Shown here in pieces: positions 19,394 through 26,807 of a stretch of DNA of 32,000 bases; position 1 is the first letter of the stretch, and the number at the start of each line of letters is the position of its first letter. The DNA comes from Geotalea daltonii FRC-32. Lineage in GTDB: Bacteria; Desulfobacterota; Desulfuromonadia; Geobacterales; Geobacteraceae. The stretch spans positions 90,001 through 122,000 of the forward strand of contig NC_011979.1 of the NCBI RefSeq assembly GCF_000022265.1, given 5' to 3'. The position numbers were made by a program, and so were the translations under genes. The notes beneath the pieces are model-generated. The model had not been told where the DNA came from, made no database searches, and saw only the letters and a program-made list of their open reading frames with translations.

Positions 19394-19477
19394 TCCGGGG
19401 ACAGCAGGTACCTGCTGCTCGCCTTGTTCGGTCCATCAGGCAATGGGTTTTCCCAAAGCTTCTATTGCATCTTCCAT
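19394..19477 (-). pseudogene. 5' stub of a second YqhC-like AraC regulator with in-frame TGA (codon 14), truncated
   Basis: Minus strand reads MEDAIEALGKPIA*WTEQGEQQVPAVPG. The intact paralog at 15220 reads MERALEALATSIARLTEEGEQHITAIHG. The DNA is colinear without indels, and CGA in the intact copy is TGA here (19436-19438). Homology fades about 30 nt before the hipA stop. Confidence 0.6.
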
Positions 19478-19570
19478 TTCCTTATCCCCTGATCCCTGCT
19501 CACAAAAAGGTTTATCCGCGTTTACGTCATTAAACACTGCCTGACCTCATCGTGTGTCCACAACTAAAAA

Positions 19571-19618
19571 TTTTGCCTATCGGACTATCAGGCAAGAAAA
19601 GAGCAGGATTAGTCTATC
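19571..19618. promoter_or_regulatory. conserved 48-nt box, copy B, upstream of AOR operon
   Basis: See copy A. 40/48 identical with the same 110-nt offset from the (pseudo)regulator ATG. Confidence 0.5.
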
Positions 19619-19843
19619 GCCTTTGTAATTTCAGCGGTACGATACACTTACTGTAAAGGACGCTCGAAAGTTTCAGGGGCTTCACCTCCTGTCTGAGCGG
19701 GGCCAGTGAAAGAGGGGTCATCTGTGGAACCGGAGCCTGGAGCATCGGGGACATCAAAGGTACTCCGGCGATGACACAGGCGTATGAGATGGGAAAAAAG
19801 GCATAGCAGAGCGGTCTCACAAAGATCAGTCAGGGAGGCTGAC

Positions 19844-20569
19844 ATGGATAATGAACAAAAGGAAACTCACGGTCCTGATGGACCGGTCAATCTCACCCGC
19901 CGGGATTTCATCAAAGGGGTCGGGATAGGGGGCGGAGCGCTGGTCCTTCTGGGCCAATTCGGCATCAATGGCTTGGCGTGGGCCCTTTCGGGAGACCCGG
20001 AGCTGAAAATGGTGCTGGTGGACTACACCAAATGCACCGGCTGCCGGACCTGTGAGGCGGCCTGTTCTTCCCGCAACCGGCCGGCAACCATCGGCGGCCG
20101 GGAAGTGCCCGGTCTTGGTAATCCCTGCTTTGCCAATATCCGGGTCCACAGCTTCAATCCGGACGTGGATGTCCCCAGCGTCTGCGCCATGTGCGCCGAT
20201 AACCCCTGCGTCAAGGCCTGCCCGGTGGAGCCCGACCCCAGGACCGGCCGACGCGCCCTCTACCGTGATGCCAAGACCCACGGCATCCGCAATGACGCCG
20301 GCCGCTGCCTCGGTTGCCGCAGTTGCGCCAAGGCTTGCGCCTCCCAGAGAACCGGGGTGATCAGCCCCAACTTGGCAACGGGCAAGCCGGAGCGGATGTG
20401 CACCCTGTGCGGCGGTGATCCCCAATGCGTCAAGCGCTGCCCCTTCGGTGCGCTGACGTATGTGGAGGTGCGCCGTGACAGAAAATTCTACGGCCTGGGT
20501 CCGGAAAAAATAGCGGCTGAACTGGCGAAGAACTGGTATGGGACGGCAGATTTCGGAGGAGCAAAATGA
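19844..20569 (+). CDS. Tat-signal 4x[4Fe-4S] ferredoxin-type electron-transfer subunit (HybA/DmsB-like)
   Basis: Twin-arginine signal LTRRDFIKGVGIGGGALVLL...AWA. Four Cys clusters: CTGCRTCEAAC, CAMCADNPCVKAC, CLGCRSCAKAC and CTLCGGDPQCVKRC. ATG 19844 sits behind GGGAGG. ATGA overlap with the next gene. Confidence 0.85.
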   Translation: MDNEQKETHGPDGPVNLTRRDFIKGVGIGGGALVLLGQFGINGLAWALSGDPELKMVLVDYTKCTGCRTCEAACSSRNRPATIGGREVPGLGNPCFANIRVHSFNPDVDVPSVCAMCADNPCVKACPVEPDPRTGRRALYRDAKTHGIRNDAGRCLGCRSCAKACASQRTGVISPNLATGKPERMCTLCGGDPQCVKRCPFGALTYVEVRRDRKFYGLGPEKIAAELAKNWYGTADFGGAK

Positions 20570-22368
20570 GCAGAAAGCCTGGATATCACGGCACAATACT
20601 GAATGTGGACCTTTCAACTGGCAAGATCGAAAAGCTTGCCGTCCCCTCGGAGGACCTGGACAAATTCGTCGGTGGGCAAGGACTGGGCATGAAAATCCTC
20701 TGGGACCGGCTGAAGAAGCCGGGGGTTGACCCGCTTTCTCCCGAAAACCCACTTATCTTCATGCCTGGGCCATTTTCCGGGCTGCCGGTCCCCTCCTCGT
20801 CCAGGACCTGCGTGGTGACAAAATCTCCCATTACCTCGCCGGTGAAGTCCGATTATCCCCATGCCTCGACCGTTTCCTACTCAAACATGGGTGGGTTTTT
20901 CGGCCCGGAAATCAGGTTTGCCGGCTATGACGGCATCGTCGTTACCGGTAAGGCAAAGGAGTTATCCTACATCGTCATCGACGACGACAAGGTGGAAATC
21001 CGGGAAGGCAAAAAATTCAAGGGGATGAGAACGGATGCCTTCGACAAGGCGATCCTGACCGAGCTGGGAGACAGGCGGTTCAAGACGGTCTACATAGGTC
21101 CGGCCGGGGAGAATCTCGTTCCCTATTCCAGCATCCTCCATACGGCGGGGCGGGCGGCAGGTCGAGGGGGCATGGGCTGCGTCATGGGTTCCAAGAATCT
21201 GAAGGCCATCGCGGTGAAAGGGTCCGGGCAGCCCAGCGTTGCCGACCATACGCGGTTTCTTGCCGCTTTGGAAAAAGCCCGCTCAGTCCTCTACGGCTCT
21301 GCTTACGCCAAGTCCTGGGCTGAGCAGGGAACGGCACGGGCCATCGTTGCCAACAGCAATGCCGGGACCGAGGCAGTGCGGAATTACCGGGAAGGCACCT
21401 TCCCGGAGGCGGACAAGATCGGTGGCGACGCCGCCCGGCGCGATGTCTGGGTGAAGGACATTGCCTGCTACTGCTGCCCGCTGGCCTGCAAGAAAAGCGG
21501 GATGACGAAGGGCAAGTACGGCGGCATCGTCCATGACGGTCCGGAATACGAGACCGGCGTCATGCTCGGCTCCAACTTGCTCATAGCGGATATGCCGGGG
21601 CTCTTGAAAGCGATTTACACCATTGACGACCTGGGCCTGGACCAGATCTCCACCGGAAACGTCATCGGTTTTCTCATGGAAGCCTATGAGAAAGGGTTGA
21701 TCGACCGGGGTTTCCTGGATGGGATCGACCTGAAATGGGGGAATGTCGATGCCACCCTGGCAATGATCGAGAAGATCGCCGCCAAGGAGGGAGTGGGAGC
21801 CCTGGCCGCCGAAGGTGTGCGGGCACTTTCCTGGCACATCGGCAAAGGGAGTGAAAAGTTTGCCATCCAGGTGAAGGGGCTGGAACTGGCGGCGCACAAT
21901 ATCCAGGCCAATCAACCGAGAGGGCTTTCCTACGCCACCGCCGAAAGGGGCGCCTGCCACATGAGCGGCGATGATATCGCCACCCAGAACCGGCGGGCCA
22001 TGATCGACTCCATAGGGCTGTGCCTTTTCCCCACCTTCGAACCGGCGCTGGAGGAGCCGATGCTTGCTCTGCTCAGCGCCATTACCGGCCGGGACTACGA
22101 TAAGGCCGCGTTCGAAAAAACCGGCGAACGAATTTTCAACCTGGAAAAAATGTTCAATTACCGCGAGGGCTTTCGCCGTGCAGATGACTGTCTACCCGAT
22201 CGTTTTTTCGAGGATGCCTTCACCATCGGGACGAAGAAGGGGGCGGTGCTCGACCGCAGCAAGTTCGAGGAGATGCTGACACGCTACTATAAGGATCGGG
22301 GATGGGATCCTGAAACCACCAAGCCGGGGAAAGCGAAGCTGCAGGAACTGGGACTGGTCAAGGCCTGA
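20566..22368 (+). CDS. aor: aldehyde:ferredoxin oxidoreductase family (tungsto/molybdopterin) catalytic subunit
   Basis: AOR N-terminal domain (GTILNVDLSTGKI), CYCCPLACKK [4Fe-4S] ligands, PEYETG and GLELAAHN/ERGACH motifs. 600 aa. Confidence 0.9.
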   Translation: MSRKPGYHGTILNVDLSTGKIEKLAVPSEDLDKFVGGQGLGMKILWDRLKKPGVDPLSPENPLIFMPGPFSGLPVPSSSRTCVVTKSPITSPVKSDYPHASTVSYSNMGGFFGPEIRFAGYDGIVVTGKAKELSYIVIDDDKVEIREGKKFKGMRTDAFDKAILTELGDRRFKTVYIGPAGENLVPYSSILHTAGRAAGRGGMGCVMGSKNLKAIAVKGSGQPSVADHTRFLAALEKARSVLYGSAYAKSWAEQGTARAIVANSNAGTEAVRNYREGTFPEADKIGGDAARRDVWVKDIACYCCPLACKKSGMTKGKYGGIVHDGPEYETGVMLGSNLLIADMPGLLKAIYTIDDLGLDQISTGNVIGFLMEAYEKGLIDRGFLDGIDLKWGNVDATLAMIEKIAAKEGVGALAAEGVRALSWHIGKGSEKFAIQVKGLELAAHNIQANQPRGLSYATAERGACHMSGDDIATQNRRAMIDSIGLCLFPTFEPALEEPMLALLSAITGRDYDKAAFEKTGERIFNLEKMFNYREGFRRADDCLPDRFFEDAFTIGTKKGAVLDRSKFEEMLTRYYKDRGWDPETTKPGKAKLQELGLVKA

Positions 22369-22396
22369 GCCCCTAACCTTCGAATGTTTCCAAAAA

Positions 22397-22436
22397 ACGC
22401 CGTGAAGCTTGTATTAAAGGCTTAACGGCGTTTTTG
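22397..22436 (+). terminator. rho-independent terminator after AOR operon (bidirectional shape)
   Basis: ACGCCGTGAAGC ... GCTTAACGGCGT forms a 12-position stem with one mismatch. An A-run precedes it and TTTTTGTT follows. Confidence 0.7.
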
Positions 22437-22532
22437 TTGGTTCAAACTGGCGTAAGCCACGTCCCCCTTTGGTTCCCCTTTGATGCCCATGAGAAGTCAA
22501 GCCTCCCATGACTGCTGAACAGATACAAGACC

Positions 22533-22561
22533 TTGACTCCTTCCCAAAAAGCAGTTATAAA
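22533..22561 (+). promoter_or_regulatory. candidate sigma-70 promoter of secreted PKD/Ig protein gene
   Basis: TTGACT, 17 nt spacer, TATAAA, about 90 nt upstream of the ATG. Confidence 0.45.
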
Positions 22562-22651
22562 ATCATTTCCTTACATTAATTTAATTATCAAAACCTACTT
22601 CACCGCCACAGCGAAAAAAAAATCAACGTGTAAGGGAAAAGGAGGGTATTT

Positions 22652-24049
22652 ATGAAGAAAGTCACGGTTTTATTGCTGTCTCTCTTGCTTCTCACCGCGG
22701 CCTTCAGCAGCTCTGCCCAGTCTGTCTGTACAACCACCGGCGGCACTTGGGTAGCAGCCTGGACCGATCCCTACGGACAGACTACCTATAGTCTGGAGGC
22801 GCCCTGCGTCGCCTATGTTGGAGTCCCATTCAACATTACCGCCACCGTATCCGACAGCGTTTATCCCAACTCCAATGTGGGAGCCAGTTGGAGCATCCTC
22901 GACAACCAACTGGCCATTGCCTCGGGTTTCTGGATCACCACTGCCAACGGCATATGGCAGAAGGTCCAACAGCAGTCCTATAGTGACGACACCATGCAAC
23001 ACACAATCGATTTCAAGTACATCGATCTGGGACAGGGAAGCGGCGCCCATTACTGGACCCGTAACAGCATCGGCGACGTCACCGTAGTTGCCAGGCCGCT
23101 CAACAATCCACCTGTGGCAAATGCCGGGATCGACAGAGTCCTGTCCCGCGAGAGTCAGCAGCAGACTGTTCTCCTGGGTACCGCCACCGATGCGGACGAC
23201 AATGCCCTCACCTATCGCTGGCTGGAGGGAGCCACCGAGCTTCAAGACTGGCAGTCGGCGGATGCCTTTGGCAATGCGCCGCTCAACCTTGCGTCACTAC
23301 CGCCACTCGCCCTGGGTTCCCATATCCTGACGCTGCAGGTGAGCGACGGGACGGCAACAGCAGCCGATGAGGTTGCTGTCGTCATTGAAAACACCCCGCC
23401 GGTTGCCGCCCCCTTTGCCGGAGGCACTTACCAGGTCGGGCAGGACATTCGCCTCAATGGCAGCGTGGCCGACTATGACGGCGATCTCCTCACTTACAAG
23501 TGGTTTGAAGGAACAATAGTACTGGCGGAGGGGACAGTTCCGTCTCCGGCGGGCGGTGCGCCGGTACTCCTCCCGGAACATGCCGTCCCAGGAGGCCTTG
23601 CCCTCGGCAGCCACACCCTTACCCTTCAGGTCAGTGACGGAATAAACACCGTTGTTGCCACAACATCCGTCATTGTAATCGACACGGCAGCACCCTCCAT
23701 CACCCCAGTGGCATCGGATATGATCCTGTGGCCGCCCAACTCCACCATGCGCACGGTGACCATCGACACCCAAGCTTATGACAATTCGGGCGAGCCGGTA
23801 ATGCTGAGCGTGCTGATTACCAGTAATGAACCGGCAGAAACGGATAAGGACGGAAATATCATTCCCGATTTTTCGGTCGCCAACATCGACCAGGCAACAG
23901 GGGTGATAACGCTGCAGCTGCGGGCCGCGCGGCAGGGGAATGGAGGAGGCCGCACCTACTCTGTGACCATAACCGCCGTTGACGGATCGGGTAATTCTTC
24001 CAGCACGGAAGTACTTATCCGGGCGCCACACGATATGGCGCGGCAGTAA
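22652..24049 (+). CDS. secreted protein with two PKD/Ig-like repeats and a C-terminal Ig-like domain
   Basis: Signal peptide MKKVTVLLLSLLLLTAAFSSSAQS. Two repeats with PPVA.AG....V...L.G...D.D...LTY(R/K)W(L/F)EG...L....LTLQVSDG. C-terminal WPPNSTMRTV...SNEP...DG..IPD...LRAARQGNGGGRTYSVTITAVDGSGN motif. Strong SD AAGGAGGG. Confidence 0.8.
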   Translation: MKKVTVLLLSLLLLTAAFSSSAQSVCTTTGGTWVAAWTDPYGQTTYSLEAPCVAYVGVPFNITATVSDSVYPNSNVGASWSILDNQLAIASGFWITTANGIWQKVQQQSYSDDTMQHTIDFKYIDLGQGSGAHYWTRNSIGDVTVVARPLNNPPVANAGIDRVLSRESQQQTVLLGTATDADDNALTYRWLEGATELQDWQSADAFGNAPLNLASLPPLALGSHILTLQVSDGTATAADEVAVVIENTPPVAAPFAGGTYQVGQDIRLNGSVADYDGDLLTYKWFEGTIVLAEGTVPSPAGGAPVLLPEHAVPGGLALGSHTLTLQVSDGINTVVATTSVIVIDTAAPSITPVASDMILWPPNSTMRTVTIDTQAYDNSGEPVMLSVLITSNEPAETDKDGNIIPDFSVANIDQATGVITLQLRAARQGNGGGRTYSVTITAVDGSGNSSSTEVLIRAPHDMARQ

Positions 24050-24079
24050 TAAATTGAAGGAATGTGAAGAATGCACAGG

Positions 24080-24106
24080 AGGGGCCGCCACGGTGGCCCC
24101 TCTTTT
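24080..24106 (+). terminator. rho-independent terminator of the PKD/Ig gene
   Basis: AGGGGCC-gccacggt-GGCCCCT stem-loop followed by CTTTTG, 30 nt after the stop codon. Confidence 0.6.
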
Positions 24107-24242
24107 GCGTCAGAAAGGACGCCCTATACCGTCCAATGACCTGTGGCTGGCTGCTTCCGCCCTTCAGCACGGCTTGGCATTGGCGATCTTCGACAATCAT
24201 TTCAATACTATCAGCGGACTGCTCTTGGCAAGCAGGGACTAA
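24102..24242 (+). pseudogene. vapC: C-terminal fragment of a PIN-domain VapC toxin
   Basis: LLRQKGRPIPSNDLWLAASALQHGLALAIFDNHFNTISGL matches the conserved C-terminal third of VapC (kGrpI..nDlwIAA.Al.hg..L.T.D.hF). The N-terminal ~85 aa with the first catalytic Asp residues is absent, and no cognate antitoxin lies upstream. Confidence 0.6.
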
Positions 24243-24256
24243 CCAAGGAGAATACC

Positions 24257-24415
24257 ATGGCTACCGTTACATTACGCGGCATAGATGAGACACTTTTCAG
24301 TGCCTTGAAGGAAAAGGCCCGACGAGAGGATACCAGTGTCAATGCCGTAATGCTGAAGATTATCAAGGAATCGCTCGGGATCGAGAAAAAGAAGAGAACC
24401 AGTGGCCGGTTCCGC
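24257..24415 (+). pseudogene. ribbon-helix-helix (VapB/FitA-like) antitoxin N-terminal domain; ORF lacks a natural stop until 24916
   Basis: AAGGAG SD then MATVTLRGIDETLFSALKEKARREDTSVNAVMLKIIKESLG (RHH antitoxin pattern). The frame then runs through a C-tract tandem repeat, a terminator hairpin and the antisense 3' end of the next gene. No toxin gene follows. Confidence 0.45.
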
Positions 24416-24441
24416 CCAGGCAACGGAAATATGGGGAGTGT

Positions 24442-24481
24442 CCCGCATTTCCCCCCGCATTTCCCCCCCGCATTTCCCCCC
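24442..24481. repeat. tandem GCATTT-C(6/7/6) repeat (12/13/12 nt); G-quadruplex-type motif on minus strand
   Basis: Read directly from the sequence: CCC GCATTTCCCCCC GCATTTCCCCCCC GCATTTCCCCCC. The minus strand has G6-N6-G7-N6-G6-N6-G3. Confidence 0.85.
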
Positions 24482-24658
24482 AGTTCAACTCCTGTCCCCT
24501 TTACTGCTCCAGAATGCCCAAGTGCAAAGCCCGACCTAACTTCTTTCGACCCCACCTCTTTCTTTGCTCCTCCGGTGGATGCATATTGCAAGTGCACCAG
24601 CTGCTCTCAATTGTCAATTAGCAAGATAGCAAGCAACGTCTCCCTTGAGTGTCTAAGG

Positions 24659-24687
24659 AAAAAGGCGTCCGTGGTGGACGCCTTTTT
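24659..24687 (-). terminator. bidirectional rho-independent terminator (serves minus-strand lipoprotein gene)
   Basis: AAAAA-GGCGTCC-gtggt-GGACGCC-TTTTT, about 80 nt downstream of the stop at 24769. Confidence 0.65.
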
Positions 24688-24768
24688 CTATGAGGAGGCC
24701 CGCCGCACTTGTCCTTTATCGGCGACCACATCAGTGGTTGACCTAAACAATCAGACCCAGAAGATCAA

Positions 24769-26256
24769 TTACTGGACTGGCAGAGTCAAGGTCCGGTTAA
24801 GCACATTGCCCTCTGCGTCGGTAGCTTTCAAGTCAATGGTAACCTCGTTTATGTTGCTGCCAGTATTGTCGGCCAACGTTAACCCAGAAACCCGCAATTT
24901 GAAGAGAGATGCTTGATCGGCACCACCTGAATTCTCGGCATAGGTGACATCCCCGTCTGCAAACCCAAAAGATACTGGTGAAGAATTCGGCCAAGAGCCC
25001 GAACTGCTGATTCTTGTCGCAATGATGCTGTAGGTACCATAGACTTTTTCCGGGAAAACCAGCCACACCTGATTAGGCTGGGTTGTCCCCGTTGTTCCCG
25101 TCGTGCCGTTGAAATTATCAGCTTTTACCGCCGTTGTTGAGGAAAGCCCGGTCGAGGAGTTATCGGCAACGTAAACCTTATTGCTGAAGTATGGGTTTGA
25201 TGCCGATACCTCACTTAAGCTGAGCGAGCGGCTTACTGAGTTGATTACGGCGGTAACGGTGCCATTGAAGATGTAAGTCTGATTCTTAAGGTAAGGGGCA
25301 GAATTGGTGATCGTTAAAATGGTTCCCGTCTCATCAAGTGCTGCCGATATGGTCGGTACATTGATGATCTTGCGGTAATCGGGATCTGATGATGCAACCT
25401 GATCATTAAGGTAACTGGCCGTTATGGCTCCGGAAAGGGTGACGGGATAGTTAAATACCAGCTTTATCACTGATTCAGGGAGTATGACTCGATGGTTGTA
25501 GGTAGAAGGATAGCTGTAATAGTTTTTGCTGCCGTCGCGCAACAGATTGGAGCCAACGATATTGATGTCACTGGTGCTGTTTGCGGGGATAAGTGACATT
25601 GAAAGGGTATGGCTGCTGCTTGCAGTATAGCTGGTAGTCGTGCTGAGATATTTAAGAGCACCATTATTGTCATAGAAGGGAGCACTGGCGATTGTGTAAC
25701 TGGCTTCCTGGGACAAGCCTTTGAGAATGGCTTTGCCGCCAGCGTCAGTTACTGCCGTGATCGGAACTCCAGAACTTGCTGCACTGATGGTAACCCCGGC
25801 AACAGGCGTCCCCTCGTCGGTTGCGACTACCGTCAGATCGAAACCTTTTGCAAGGCTAATATTGCCGAGACTGGTCGTCGTTGGGGCATTATCGGCAGAG
25901 GATGACACGATTAAACCCATTTGCATGGTGGCATAACCAGATGCGGAAATTTTGAGGGTATGGCTGCTGACATAGGGAGCCGTTGACGAGACACCGGTAA
26001 ATACAAATGTCCCTGCCAGATCCGGGTCACTGGAGGCAGATGTTTTTCCTGCCATCTTTTCGCCATTGGCAACAAGCGTTACGTCGGCATTCGCTATCGG
26101 CTGCATCGTCGAACTGTCGACGACCCTGCCGGTTACTATGCCTGTTTTTGCTCCTGTGGATGTGTAGACGTTGGTATCAGATCCACATCCCGGAAGTAAG
26201 GCAACGACTGTCACTAATACCAGGGAAACCAACCACATCATGCTGTTTCTTTTCAT
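24769..26256 (-). CDS. Ser/Thr-rich surface lipoprotein with carboxypeptidase-regulatory-like/Ig-like domains
   Basis: MKRNSMMWLVSLVLVTVVALLPGC lipobox. GIVTGRVVDSSTMQPIANADVTLVANG is a CarboxypepD_reg-like fold motif. Low-complexity beta-rich remainder. ATG 26256 behind AGGAGGA is preferred over 26286. Confidence 0.75.
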   Translation of the reverse strand: MKRNSMMWLVSLVLVTVVALLPGCGSDTNVYTSTGAKTGIVTGRVVDSSTMQPIANADVTLVANGEKMAGKTSASSDPDLAGTFVFTGVSSTAPYVSSHTLKISASGYATMQMGLIVSSSADNAPTTTSLGNISLAKGFDLTVVATDEGTPVAGVTISAASSGVPITAVTDAGGKAILKGLSQEASYTIASAPFYDNNGALKYLSTTTSYTASSSHTLSMSLIPANSTSDINIVGSNLLRDGSKNYYSYPSTYNHRVILPESVIKLVFNYPVTLSGAITASYLNDQVASSDPDYRKIINVPTISAALDETGTILTITNSAPYLKNQTYIFNGTVTAVINSVSRSLSLSEVSASNPYFSNKVYVADNSSTGLSSTTAVKADNFNGTTGTTGTTQPNQVWLVFPEKVYGTYSIIATRISSSGSWPNSSPVSFGFADGDVTYAENSGGADQASLFKLRVSGLTLADNTGSNINEVTIDLKATDAEGNVLNRTLTLPVQ

Positions 26257-26294
26257 CTTTCCTCCTGTACATAGACATATTCTCATTGTGGTGC

Positions 26295-26762
26295 TTATCT
26301 TATTGCCCGAATGGTGTCGTTAAAGGTATCTGTAATAAAAAGGCTTGCCCCGTCAGTAGTTATGCCGCTAGGGTACCCGAAACTTGCGGAAACGCCTACG
26401 CCATCTGTTGATCCTGTTGATCCACCTGCAAGTGTCGTTACTGCCCCACTGGCAATTACGATTTTCCGAATCGTATTATTTGAGTCCGCTACATACAGGT
26501 TCGCTCCATCCGTGGTTATATCAGAAATGCGTCCAAATAATGCTGCAGTCCCAATGCCGTCAGCCCAGCCGTATACTCCAGCAGTTCCGGCCAGAGTGGT
26601 AACTGTGCCGGTGGAAATTGATATTTTCCTGACCGTTTGTTGGTCTGCCACATAAAGGTACGTTCCGTCTGTCGTGAGGCCTGACAATTCAGTGAAACTT
26701 GCTGCGAGCCCAGTACCGTCGGCAGTGCCGACGGTACCTGCTTTGCCTGCCAGTGTGGTCAC
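26295..26762 (-). pseudogene. NHL-repeat beta-propeller fragment (about 3.5 blades, no signal peptide, no ATG)
   Basis: Repeats of VTTLAG.AG..G.ADG.G..A.F....GITTDG..LYVAD..N.IRKI. The frame opens right after a TGA, and the first residue of the track ORF is GTG in the middle of a repeat unit. It lies 45 nt downstream of the Fic gene stop. Confidence 0.5.
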
Positions 26763-26807
26763 TGGGAGAATTCCGGGGACACAGTACGTAATTCCCTGTC
26801 AATTAAA

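Noticed and set aside
19402-19417. Perfect 16-bp palindrome CAGCAGGTACCTGCTG downstream of hipA, considered as a terminator or operator
   Set aside because: It would give only a 6-bp stem with a 4-nt loop, with no U-tract. It lies inside the regulator stub, where the corresponding intact sequence is ordinary coding DNA. It is probably fortuitous.
19826-20752. 308-aa minus-strand ORF
   Set aside because: It is antisense to the Tat-FeS gene and the AOR 5' end, and its composition is a GC-frame artefact.
23297-24091. 264-aa minus-strand ORF; also 22670-23245 (191 aa)
   Set aside because: They are antisense to the secreted PKD/Ig gene, which has a signal peptide, internal repeats, SD, promoter and terminator.
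24143-24916. 257-aa ORF taken at face value as one protein
   Set aside because: Only residues encoded from ATG 24257 to about 24400 look like a domain (RHH antitoxin). The remainder crosses a tandem C-tract repeat and a rho-independent terminator hairpin, and runs antisense into the next gene. I interpret it as a run-on frame of a decayed gene.
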